Shown here piece after piece: positions 29,216 through 37,457 of a DNA stretch of 64,000 bases. Source of the DNA: Minisyncoccota bacterium (GTDB taxonomy: Bacteria; Patescibacteriota; Minisyncoccia; Phycocordibacterales; UBA6899). The stretch is from assembly GCA_035583355.1 (NCBI GenBank), contig DATEZQ010000008.1, positions 36,610 to 100,609 on the forward strand, given 5' to 3'. Each line of letters opens with the position of its first letter. The stretch's first letter is position 1. The position numbers and the translations under genes are program-made. The notes under the pieces were generated by a model. It was not told the origin of the DNA. It made no database searches and saw only the letters and a list, made by a program, of their open reading frames with translations.

Positions 29216-30478
29216 CTACTCACCAAATATCATCGTGTAACGCTTTGCGCGAACGAATGAACGGAGAATGTCTTGCACTTCCTCAACCCTTACCTTTGCC
29301 AAATCAGCAAGCTCATCATCATAGGTGCGTACACGTCCGTAACGCTCAACGTCACCTGATGCACCCGAGACGATATCCCCAATATTTGGGTCCCTTATCT
29401 TGAAACGATTGATCGATCGTCTGATGTGTCGCTCGATCGAAGTAACATCATTGATGGCCGTTTCCACACAAACATCCACAACGTCTTCAAGCTCACCGAG
29501 GTGCTCCCAGGGGAAATCGATATCAACGGCAATCTCGTGCGCCTCAGGGAACCAGCCGACGTTTGTACTCACGCTATACGACCAACCACGCTCCTCACGA
29601 ATCTCTTTGTAGAGTGCATCACTCAATACATTGAGTGCGCGACTGACCGCGACATCAGATATCGTGCCAGGAAATGTCTGACAAAGAAGGACTGACGCCT
29701 GATGTGGCTTCTCCTTATAGATTTCTGGCCAAGGAATATTGTAATGACGCTCATCATCAGGATTTATTTCCTTAAGTGCAAGCGGGGTCGGAATTCGCTC
29801 CCCTTCCTTTACTACAGCAAATTTACTAGACTCCAACGCTTGTACAAATTCATCAAGCGTCATTCCTCCTGAAGCGACGATGCTGATATTCTTCGGAGTA
29901 TAGTTCTTACGATAGAATTCGCGCAACATCTCATGGGTCATCGAGGAGATGGATGAAGCCCGCCCAAGTGGTCGCAAGTAGTGCCCAAGACGATGTTCAC
30001 CGAAGAAGTGTTTGCGGCGACGCAAAAGCAAGTCTACTGATATTGGAACCGGGAAACGCTCCTGATACTCACCCATAATAATCTTCCGCTCTCTCTCAAC
30101 AAAATTATCGAGTGTTGACGTGAGAAGCATTTCACCGAAAAAGTTAAGCCCGAATGCAAGATTATCATTCTCGAGCGGCACGCCGAAGGAGTAACTTGTG
30201 CTCTCATAGCTTGTCGAACCAAAGCGCGCGTAACCACCAATCTCATCGAAGTGCTCCTCGGCCTCCTGGTGGGTCTTCCCTGCAACATTGTGACTGACGA
30301 GGTGTTCGACAAAGTGGGCAGTACCCTCGGAGCCGAGTACATCGTCTTTAGCTCCTGCGTGCACGAGCACCTTCAACTTAATCCATGGATGATTCACTTC
30401 AGAGAAGAAGACGGTGAGACCGTTTGAAAGCGTTGCTTTCAGGAAGGTTGTATAAGGGTCGGAAATTGGATGGGTCAT
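29216..30478 (-). CDS. M16 family zinc peptidase (pitrilysin-like)
   Basis: Inverted zinc motif HFVEH (HxxEH), a downstream Glu, and a two-domain M16 architecture. Confidence 0.85.
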   Translation of the reverse strand: MTHPISDPYTTFLKATLSNGLTVFFSEVNHPWIKLKVLVHAGAKDDVLGSEGTAHFVEHLVSHNVAGKTHQEAEEHFDEIGGYARFGSTSYESTSYSFGVPLENDNLAFGLNFFGEMLLTSTLDNFVERERKIIMGEYQERFPVPISVDLLLRRRKHFFGEHRLGHYLRPLGRASSISSMTHEMLREFYRKNYTPKNISIVASGGMTLDEFVQALESSKFAVVKEGERIPTPLALKEINPDDERHYNIPWPEIYKEKPHQASVLLCQTFPGTISDVAVSRALNVLSDALYKEIREERGWSYSVSTNVGWFPEAHEIAVDIDFPWEHLGELEDVVDVCVETAINDVTSIERHIRRSINRFKIRDPNIGDIVSGASGDVERYGRVRTYDDELADLAKVRVEEVQDILRSFVRAKRYTMIFGE

Positions 30479-30492
30479 TATAGTTTATTGTA

Positions 30493-30690
30493 GCATAATG
30501 GCGCACCCTAAAGGGGCCCGCACCATTATGCTTATTAGGAACCCACGGCTCCTAACGCTTTCTTTGAATACAAAGAAAGCTGTGTTCCTCCACGGGGAAC
30601 CTCCCCGTTCCCCGGCCCCTTCGACACTCACCTTCTCGCTCGGAAGCGAGAAGGCACTAGCATGGTAATATTAGTGCTCGTTTTTCTAAA
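30493..30690 (+). repeat. Structured intergenic element R, copy 1 (possible small RNA; ends in a plus-strand terminator)
   Basis: gcgcaccctaaaggggcccgcacc … perfect hairpin gctttctttgaatacaaagaaagc … tcctccacggggaacctccccgttccccggccccttcgac … hairpin ccttctcgctcggaagcgagaagg … gcactagcatggtaatattagtgc + tcgttttt. The head and core segments recur at 31262-31545. Confidence 0.5.
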
Positions 30691-30721
30691 ATGAAAATGA
30701 TAAAGCAAATACGCTTATAAC

Positions 30722-30750
30722 AATAAAACCTGCAAATGCAGGTTTTTTGT
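30722..30750. terminator. Bidirectional rho-independent terminator
   Basis: aaaacctgcaaatgcaggtttttt. Confidence 0.6.
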
Positions 30751-30752
30751 GA

Positions 30753-31172
30753 TTATTCTGAAACAACAAGCGTACCCCACTGACCACCTGCTCTATGTCC
30801 AGGCTTTGAGCAGTAGTATACGAAACTTCCCACCTTATCTGCAGTAAACTCGACAACGACTTCTTGATTTAGAGGAAGTTCCTTCTGAACCCCAAATTCA
30901 TCAATAACGAAATCATGCATTCCCGCCGTATTTGTAATCTTTACACGGACAAGATCGCCCTTCTTTACAGACATCTCGTTGAGCGAGTACCATTTCCCCT
31001 TTGCGTCATAGTATGCGGTCATTGAAAATTCTTTGACTGGTGCAGTACTTGCGACACTCTCCTTTGCTTCAACAGGAGCAGGCGCTCCCGCTGTAGACCC
31101 ACCGCGCAATGCAAAGTATCCACCGATTGCGATAAGCACTAGAAGCGCGATGATAATGTTTCTTGAATTCAT
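30753..31172 (-). CDS. Type-1 copper (cupredoxin) protein, membrane anchored
   Basis: N-terminal TM/signal. Ligand set His (…AGMHDF…), then Cys-His-Gln in YYCSKPGHRAGGQWGTLVV: a stellacyanin-like Gln in place of the usual Met. Confidence 0.75.
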   Translation of the reverse strand: MNSRNIIIALLVLIAIGGYFALRGGSTAGAPAPVEAKESVASTAPVKEFSMTAYYDAKGKWYSLNEMSVKKGDLVRVKITNTAGMHDFVIDEFGVQKELPLNQEVVVEFTADKVGSFVYYCSKPGHRAGGQWGTLVVSE

Positions 31173-31261
31173 GTATTTTATTTTTATTGTTATTTTCCCA
31201 AAGTTTCGATTTCAATGATTTTTAGAACTTACATATTATACAGGAAAGATAGGAGAATCTC

Positions 31262-31545
31262 ACGTCGCGATGCGGCGCACCCTAAAGGGGCCCACACCGC
31301 CCTGCTCCTCGATTTCATTACATGAACGGTACACCTTTTGGATCTTTTATATCGAAGACTCACAAAAGTCCTCAAAAGGTCTTGCACTCTCGCTCCCATA
31401 AGCATGGGACCCATGAGCGAGAGCTCACCCACGGTTCTCGACGGAAACCCTTTCAGTCAAAAGGGGTTCCTGCTTTCCTACACGGGGAACCTCCCCGTTC
31501 CCCGACCCCCTCGACGTTCGAATCCCCGCGACTCCGCAATACAAA
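31262..31545 (+). repeat. Structured intergenic element R, copy 2
   Basis: Shares gcgcaccctaaaggggccc(a)cacc and tcct(a)cacggggaacctccccgttccccg(a)cccc(c)tcgac with copy 1. Several internal hairpins (ctctcgct…agcgagag; ccataagcatgg). Its 3' end runs into an inverted copy of the tRNA-Ser 3' half. Confidence 0.5.
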
Positions 31546-31600
31546 AAAAGAACAAGTACTCTTGCTCTTTTTTGTATTGCGGAGTCGCGGGGATTCGAAC
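31516..31600. repeat. Near-perfect ~40-bp-arm palindrome: inverted duplication of the tRNA-Ser 3' end plus ~20 nt of flank
   Basis: gttcgaatccccgcgactccgcaatacaaaaaaagaacaagtac | tcttgctcttttttgtattgcggagtcgcggggattcgaac. Confidence 0.7.
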
Positions 31601-31666
31601 CCCGGATGGCTGTTACACCATACTCACTTTCCAGGCGAGCGCACTAGACCACTATGCGACGACTCC
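31580..31666 (-). tRNA. tRNA-Ser (anticodon GGA), class II with a long variable arm
   Basis: Minus strand: GGAGTCG TC GCA TAGTGGTCTAG TGC G CTCGC CTGGAAA GTGAG [long variable arm ATGG…CCAT] CGGGG TTCGAAT CCCCG CGACTCC G. 7-bp acceptor stem, T-loop TTCGAAT, anticodon loop CU-GGA-AA. Confidence 0.85.
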
Positions 31667-31781
31667 GTTAATATTATGCCAAGGTAAGGTCTTTAGTCTT
31701 CATGACGTATCGCGATTGTACTATCTTTCGCGAATTTAGCAAAGATGGAATATGTTCTAGTGGGTTATAATATATATATAT

Positions 31782-32114
31782 ATGGAAAAGACTCTCGCGC
31801 CCATCATCTCCCTCATCAGCAAATCTGAGAAAGCAATAGAAAAACTTAAGCAAGGATCATGGCAGCACACTATGCTCGAAGGCAATCTCAGGGCGCTCCA
31901 CTATGCATTGTCACTGATGGATACAACCAAATCAAAACGAGAGTCTCTAAGCGATACTGAAGTTAAAGAATACCTCAAGTCCTTGGACTCAATGATTACT
32001 AAGACCAAAATTGCGCAAAAGAAGTTCCCTCTAGGTACGGCACAACACACATTGCTCAAGAACAGACTGCATGCGCTTGCGATAGCTAAGGTTTTCACAA
32101 AACGAGCACATTAA
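31782..32114 (+). CDS. Hypothetical helical protein (110 aa)
   Basis: Clean ORF downstream of an AT-rich promoter-like region (tatatatatatATG). No family recognised. Confidence 0.45.
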   Translation: MEKTLAPIISLISKSEKAIEKLKQGSWQHTMLEGNLRALHYALSLMDTTKSKRESLSDTEVKEYLKSLDSMITKTKIAQKKFPLGTAQHTLLKNRLHALAIAKVFTKRAH

Positions 32115-32195
32115 TTTCAAGCTCCGCGCACTCTTCCACAGTTTAATGGTTGATTATCATTGCATTCTATACTATATGATACAATAGATACTATC

Positions 32196-32588
32196 ATGAA
32201 CTTCATAGACTGGGACGAGAGCTACAGTGTCGGCATAGACCTTATCGACAATCAACACAAAAAACTGTTTGAAACAATTAATAATTATCATAGTGAGCAT
32301 AGTGATACCGAGGACTCTCTAAACAGACTCCTTGCCTACATCGATTTCCATTTCTCTACCGAAGAGGATTATTTTCATAGATTCAATTACGAGGACACCA
32401 TTGAGCACACCGCGCAACATTTACGCTATAGAGATGAAATTAATTCACTCTATTCAAAGTATCATTACCGCAATGATGACGAGAAGATACGCGCGGAGCT
32501 TGAAGAATTCATTAGGAATTGGATAACACACCATATCAAGATATCGGATAAACAATACACGAAGTGCTTCAAAGAGCATGGACTCTAG
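32196..32588 (+). CDS. Bacteriohemerythrin-like protein
   Basis: MNFIDWDESYSVGIDLIDNQHKKLFETIN matches the hemerythrin N-terminal motif (W…SVGI..ID.QH..L). The later His/Glu/Asp-rich helices (HF…EEDYF…H..H) are consistent with a di-iron site. Confidence 0.7.
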   Translation: MNFIDWDESYSVGIDLIDNQHKKLFETINNYHSEHSDTEDSLNRLLAYIDFHFSTEEDYFHRFNYEDTIEHTAQHLRYRDEINSLYSKYHYRNDDEKIRAELEEFIRNWITHHIKISDKQYTKCFKEHGL

Positions 32589-32630
32589 CGATTTTCCTCA
32601 TATAGATACTACTGTGGTAAAATAGCTACT

Positions 32631-33188
32631 ATGGATGAGAAGAAATTCAATATTTTCGCAACTGTCGGCATCATACTTATTGCAGTCGTGATCGGTTTTC
32701 TGACGTTCTGGGAATTAAATACACCGAAGGAAGTATCTATAGGAAAAACTCCCCCTACGCAGAATGTGGCAAATGATAAGCCAGCAGCAGGAACTATTGT
32801 TTATCTCAATAACGATTTTGGTTTTACCGTGACACTTCCTTCAAGTTGGAGTAACTACTCGCTTGTAAAAAGTATGTGGGCAGGCATTGCCATCAACTCC
32901 CCTTCAAGCACTCTCTATACAGAAGGGCCAATCATTTCGATACGCAGCCCACTCTGGACCAGCGAGGCACCAAGACAGGATATACCGGTGATGGTATTTA
33001 CACTAAAACAATGGGACGAGCTCCAGCGCGACATCTTCCACATAGGGGCAGCTCCTGTAAATCCAAGCGAACTTGGACGCAATGCGAACTATGTTTTTGC
33101 ACTCCCCGCACGCTATAACTTTGCATTCCTACCAGGATACGAAGAAGTTCAGCAAATCATCGAAGCGAAATCGTTGCGCGCATTCTAA
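32631..33188 (+). CDS. Membrane-anchored hypothetical protein (185 aa)
   Basis: N-terminal TM (IFATVGIILIAVVIGFLTFW), then a beta-rich extracytoplasmic domain. Terminator at 33190-33225. Confidence 0.45.
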   Translation: MDEKKFNIFATVGIILIAVVIGFLTFWELNTPKEVSIGKTPPTQNVANDKPAAGTIVYLNNDFGFTVTLPSSWSNYSLVKSMWAGIAINSPSSTLYTEGPIISIRSPLWTSEAPRQDIPVMVFTLKQWDELQRDIFHIGAAPVNPSELGRNANYVFALPARYNFAFLPGYEEVQQIIEAKSLRAF

Positions 33189-33197
33189 AAAACAGAG

Positions 33198-33959
33198 CTA
33201 TGCTCTGTTTTTTATTTGCTGATCTGCGAAGTGCACCATTGCATCATGCATAAACTGCGGAAGTCTGGGATCGTACTTTGCAAAATATTCTGTGAAGCGT
33301 GTATCTACGAGATACATCTCCGCAAGACCCTTATACATTTCTGGGGTTGGAGTGTAGAAGTTTGAGAGATGTTTGTAGTGCTTCGCAATGAGCGACTGTG
33401 CACTGACGCTATCAATTGGCTCACACACAAGAAGCGCGCCCTCCCTGGCTATCTCTTCACCCTCTCTCTGGATGACTGCGAACTGCTCTTTGCTCATCCC
33501 ACGCATCTTCTTCTCTGACTCCTTGTACTGGTCGGTATGACCCCAGCGCTGTTTCGCCTCTCTCGAAAGTTCTTCCATCTCCTCCTTCGAGAAAGCATCA
33601 TATAATTCTTCGTCTTTCATATGTAAATGTTTTGTTAATCTATTCATCGTCTTGTCGACCATCTTAATAAGTGCAGTGGTACGCTTTTGTTTTCCAAGAA
33701 GCATCGTACGATGTTCCCTAAGCGCGGTGAGTACATCAAACTCTGGACTATCGACCATTGCTGCGATTTCGGGAAGAGAGAATTCGAGCTCACGGAAAAA
33801 AAGAATCTGCTGTAACCGCAGTAGTTCTGATTCTCCGTACACACGATATTTGTTCTTCCCATTGCGCTCGGGTACAAGCAATCCAATAGCATCATAATGA
33901 TGCAATGTGCGCACACTCACATTCGCAAGCTTCGCAAGCGCGTTGATGTTATAAGACAT
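33198..33959 (-). CDS. MerR-family transcriptional regulator with a TipAS-like effector domain
   Basis: N-terminal MerR HTH (YNINALAKLANVSVRTLHHYDAIGLLVPERNGKNKYRVYGESELLRLQQILFFRELEF). The C-terminal half resembles the TipAS/Mta drug-binding domain. Confidence 0.8.
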   Translation of the reverse strand: MSYNINALAKLANVSVRTLHHYDAIGLLVPERNGKNKYRVYGESELLRLQQILFFRELEFSLPEIAAMVDSPEFDVLTALREHRTMLLGKQKRTTALIKMVDKTMNRLTKHLHMKDEELYDAFSKEEMEELSREAKQRWGHTDQYKESEKKMRGMSKEQFAVIQREGEEIAREGALLVCEPIDSVSAQSLIAKHYKHLSNFYTPTPEMYKGLAEMYLVDTRFTEYFAKYDPRLPQFMHDAMVHFADQQIKNRA

Positions 33960-34067
33960 ATGTTTGTTTGATTCGACCGTAGTACGTTCTATACTACAAG
34001 CCTATCATAGACTATGACGTAACGTAAGAGTCAAGTACAAAAAAACTAGGCTTTCGCCTAGCTTTTT

Positions 34068-35294
34068 CTATGCCTTTACGCCGCACTGATCACAATGCTC
34101 GAGGCCCTTATAGCGATCTGCTCCACAGGAAGGACACTTTTCCTTCACCTGGAAACCACAAACGGGACAGAAGCGGACATTATCGCGAAGGTGCATTGAG
34201 CAGTTCGGACACTTCATGTTCTTCATCGCACGCAAGTAGACTGCACGACCTCCATAAACCCGTTTCTGAATAAGGTACACTACACCTCCAAAGAGTGCGG
34301 GAACCAAAAGAAGGAGTAAGTACTGCGCAATCGTTGCTATAAACTTAAACTGTGCGAAAAGCTTAATGAGTACTTCAATAAGTGCATGCGGGATGATGTC
34401 ATAAATGAACACCGCAATAACCTGTGCAAAGAGCAAGGCAAATATCGTCGTAATCGCAGTCCAAATGATCGCAGTAAACGATCGCTTCCCCGCTGCAATG
34501 AAGTAACGGCGTAGTGCGAACCAAAAGAGCGGAGTGATGAGCAACAGTTCAAGAAGTGCGCGGAGTGTATTTGCCCATGCGAGCGCGCGCTCATAAGAAG
34601 CAAACTCCGTACTGAGTACTTCTCTATTTGACTCAGCAATCGTCTTCACCTCAGCATCGATCTCCTTTACGCGCTGTCGCAATGGAGTAAGCTGTGCCTC
34701 AATAGCCTTTATGTCTGCAGATGTGCCAATAACGGTATTCTGCAGGCCAAGACCATTCTGGAATACGGGTTGCGCTACTCTTGCCTGCTTCTCTTGCAGC
34801 ATCAGATCATAATCAGTCTTCGCGCGATCAAGCAAGATATTTGCATCACCGCGACCATTCTCAAGATCGTTTATCTTTTGTGCTGCAGTATTACGCTCAA
34901 ACGCAAGTACTTCGAGCTTTGCAAAGACCTCGCCGAGACCATTACTCGTCTCATATGCGCTAGGTTTACATGCGAGAAAATCACTCACATATGGATAGTT
35001 ATAGGGAGAAGCATATGCATCGGGAAGCTTCGAATCAAGACGATGCTTTAGCGCATATGCGCACGATGATGGAGCATCGGGCTGTTTTACATTAGCGGCG
35101 ATTTTGTCGATAAGTGTCTGACCCTGCCAAATACCCGCAAGCACCATAGCAGTGAGCAGGATGTAGCCGAGAAGCGTTGTACGCTTCTCTCCGATTTCTG
35201 CACCAACATGTTCAGCCTCAATCTCGGGAACATTGGCGATTTTGCGCAAAAAAGATGTGATTTGCATAGAGCTATTATACCACGAGCAAATCAT
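34068..35294 (-). CDS. Membrane protein with coiled-coil region and C-terminal double zinc ribbon
   Basis: The C-terminus KCPNCSMHLRDNVRFCPVCGFQVKEKCPSCGADRYKGLEHCDQCGV contains two CxxC…CxxC ribbons. The start codon overlaps the stop of the upstream MFS gene in an ATGA arrangement (translational coupling). Confidence 0.5.
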   Translation of the reverse strand: MICSWYNSSMQITSFLRKIANVPEIEAEHVGAEIGEKRTTLLGYILLTAMVLAGIWQGQTLIDKIAANVKQPDAPSSCAYALKHRLDSKLPDAYASPYNYPYVSDFLACKPSAYETSNGLGEVFAKLEVLAFERNTAAQKINDLENGRGDANILLDRAKTDYDLMLQEKQARVAQPVFQNGLGLQNTVIGTSADIKAIEAQLTPLRQRVKEIDAEVKTIAESNREVLSTEFASYERALAWANTLRALLELLLITPLFWFALRRYFIAAGKRSFTAIIWTAITTIFALLFAQVIAVFIYDIIPHALIEVLIKLFAQFKFIATIAQYLLLLLVPALFGGVVYLIQKRVYGGRAVYLRAMKNMKCPNCSMHLRDNVRFCPVCGFQVKEKCPSCGADRYKGLEHCDQCGVKA

Positions 35295-36487
35295 CGGTAG
35301 TGCTCAGCCTTACTTGGAAGCCCCTCAACGAGTACAAAGAGGAGTGCCGCAGTAAGTGCAAGCACGGCACCATAGAAAAATGTTGTCTCTGGTCCCCAAT
35401 GCGTCCAAAGCAGTCCTCCAACAAGCGATGCGATAAATGCAGCGATACCGGTCAACATATAATAAAATCCATATGCGGTTCCGAGTTTTTCGGTTGGAAC
35501 GATATTTGCGATGTATGACTTTGACACTCCATCAGTAAGCGCCATATAGAATCCATATACAGGAAAGAGTATCCAGATATGTAGTGGCGATTGTATCAGT
35601 GCAAAGCCCGCGTACACAACAGCGAATATAACAAGTCCGAGCACATACACTTTCTTCTCACCAAGCTTGTCCGAAATAATTCCCGCTGGGAGCGAGAATG
35701 CAGAGTAGGTGATGTTATAGAGTACATATGCAAGCACCGTCACGATAAGCGAAAAGCCAAGCCCCTTCGCACGCAAGATCAAGAACGCATCAGAGCTATT
35801 TCCAATAGCAAAAATTGTTGAGATCACTACGAAGAAGAGAAACTTTCGAGGCAGAGCACTTATGCGGAACTTTTCTGCACTGGGCGCAATTACGGATCGC
35901 TGTTTTTCCTTTATGTACACTACAAGAAGTATGAGTGCAATAGAAGTTGGAATAAGCGCAAGGAAAAACATCAGGCGATAGTTATCCTGATAGAAGTGCA
36001 ACAACAGTATCGCCAGCAGCGGCCCAAGAATTGCTCCAAGCGTATCAGTCCCGCGGTGAAAGCCAAAGGCACGACCGAGCATCTTTGGCTCGACGTTTTC
36101 TGCAATGAGTGCATCACGCGCACTCGTGCGTATCCCCTTCCCAAGTCTACTAGTGAATTTCCCCGCAAGGACCAGGTGCCAAGTGTTTGCTATTCCATAG
36201 AACAGATTTGCAATCGTACCGAGCCCATACCCAACAACTACGAAAATCTTGCGCTTTCCGGTCATATCGGAAAGTCTTCCAGAAAATCCTTTTAACAAAC
36301 TTGCCGTACCCTCAGCAATGCCTTCGATGAGGCCTACAATAGAAGCAGGAGCACCGAGTACAGAAGTGAGGAATATCGGAACGATTGGATAAAGCATTTC
36401 CGAAGCAACATCATTGAAGAAGCTTACTACAGAGAGCACAAAAACGGGCGTAGTGACACCATATTTCCTTTCCAAATATTCACGCAT
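35291..36487 (-). CDS. MFS transporter
   Basis: Twelve predicted TM helices. The MFS motif region …GRLSDMTGKRKIFVVVGYGLG… between TM2 and TM3. Confidence 0.85.
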   Translation of the reverse strand: MREYLERKYGVTTPVFVLSVVSFFNDVASEMLYPIVPIFLTSVLGAPASIVGLIEGIAEGTASLLKGFSGRLSDMTGKRKIFVVVGYGLGTIANLFYGIANTWHLVLAGKFTSRLGKGIRTSARDALIAENVEPKMLGRAFGFHRGTDTLGAILGPLLAILLLHFYQDNYRLMFFLALIPTSIALILLVVYIKEKQRSVIAPSAEKFRISALPRKFLFFVVISTIFAIGNSSDAFLILRAKGLGFSLIVTVLAYVLYNITYSAFSLPAGIISDKLGEKKVYVLGLVIFAVVYAGFALIQSPLHIWILFPVYGFYMALTDGVSKSYIANIVPTEKLGTAYGFYYMLTGIAAFIASLVGGLLWTHWGPETTFFYGAVLALTAALLFVLVEGLPSKAEHYR

Positions 36488-36567
36488 ATGAATAAGTATA
36501 GCATCACAAATATATTGAAAAAATTACGGGAGTCATTGTATGACTCCCGTAAGGGTGTTTGGGGAAG

Positions 36568-37302
36568 CTACTTCTTCTTCCCCTTCTTGCCGTCGTCCGA
36601 CTTATTGCCGCCACCACCGCCACCGACCTTGCCAGGGAACTTGCTGGCGCGCTCGAGCTGGCGGGCGCGGCGCTCACCTTCGTGATGCTCGCGCGCCTTG
36701 GCCTTCTCGGCCTCGGACTGCGGGCCGGCGACCTTCTTGTAGACCGTGATGCTCTGCTTGAGGACAGGGTGGAACACGACCAGCTGACCGGGATTCTCCG
36801 ACTTCAGTTCGAAGCCGCAGTTGACCCAGTCGTCCGCGGTGAAGGTCACCTTCATCTTCTTCTCGATCTCCTCGCAGGAGCTCGAAATGATGGAGGGGGT
36901 CCTCGCACCGATGGCCTTGATGGCCGCGAGCACCTTCACCTTCTCGGCGAAGTACAGGTGGCCCTGGAAGCGAGCGGCGGCCCGCAGCATCGCGGACATC
37001 TTCGTCCCCCGCTTCTCGACGTTCTCGACCTTCAGCGCATTGCGCAGGAAGTCGGAGAAGTCGGAGAGGAGCGACACGGTGACCTCGGCCGGAGCCAGGC
37101 GCGTGATGTCCGCGATGAGCATGTCGGGCATGAAGCCGTTCTCGCGAACGACATCGGCCGCTTCGTTGAAGAGGCAGTTCTTGATCAGGCCCTTGGCCTT
37201 GTCGATGTTGCCCTTGAACTCGATCTCCGGCACGTAGGCACGGGGACGGATGACGGGCTTGTTGGCGGGAGTGGCGGCCTGAGCCGAGACCTGAGCGGTC
37301 AT
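36568..37302 (-). CDS. Hypothetical 244-aa protein encoded in a high-G+C (about 60-70%) island; C-terminal Gly/Lys-rich basic tail; probable horizontal acquisition
   Basis: Individual 60-nt lines count 63-73% G+C, against ~40% just upstream. The minus-frame protein has a natural composition, whereas the overlapping plus-frame and other-frame ORFs are Leu/Arg/Gly/Ala-biased antisense artefacts. The C-terminus is …KFPGKVGGGGGGNKSDDGKKGKKK. Confidence 0.55.
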   Translation of the reverse strand: MTAQVSAQAATPANKPVIRPRAYVPEIEFKGNIDKAKGLIKNCLFNEAADVVRENGFMPDMLIADITRLAPAEVTVSLLSDFSDFLRNALKVENVEKRGTKMSAMLRAAARFQGHLYFAEKVKVLAAIKAIGARTPSIISSSCEEIEKKMKVTFTADDWVNCGFELKSENPGQLVVFHPVLKQSITVYKKVAGPQSEAEKAKAREHHEGERRARQLERASKFPGKVGGGGGGNKSDDGKKGKKK

Positions 37303-37380
37303 GAGTGCACCTCAAATAAGAGGGTTTAGGGGAAAGTACAGTGCGACGACCGTTATCGTCGTGACATACAGTATACCACA

Positions 37381-37399
37381 TATTGACAAATTGTCAATA
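37381..37399. promoter_or_regulatory. 19-bp perfect palindrome (candidate operator) between divergent genes
   Basis: tattgacaa-a-ttgtcaata. Each half contains TTGACA. Confidence 0.4.
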
Positions 37400-37457
37400 C
37401 ATGTTAGTTTCATACCAGATACGGCTTGGTCGATACCAAGCGGAACAAGGAGCAGTC

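Noticed and set aside
31322-31739. 121-aa and 133-aa plus-strand ORFs
   Set aside because: They read through the repeat element, the tRNA palindrome and the tRNA-Ser gene itself. Non-coding.
36559-37381. Long overlapping ORFs in other frames of the high-G+C island (36559..37329 +, 36674..37381 -, 36821..37237 +)
   Set aside because: Leu/Arg/Gly/Ala-dominated translations are typical of antisense or out-of-frame reading through G+C-rich DNA. Only the 36568..37302 minus frame gives a balanced protein.
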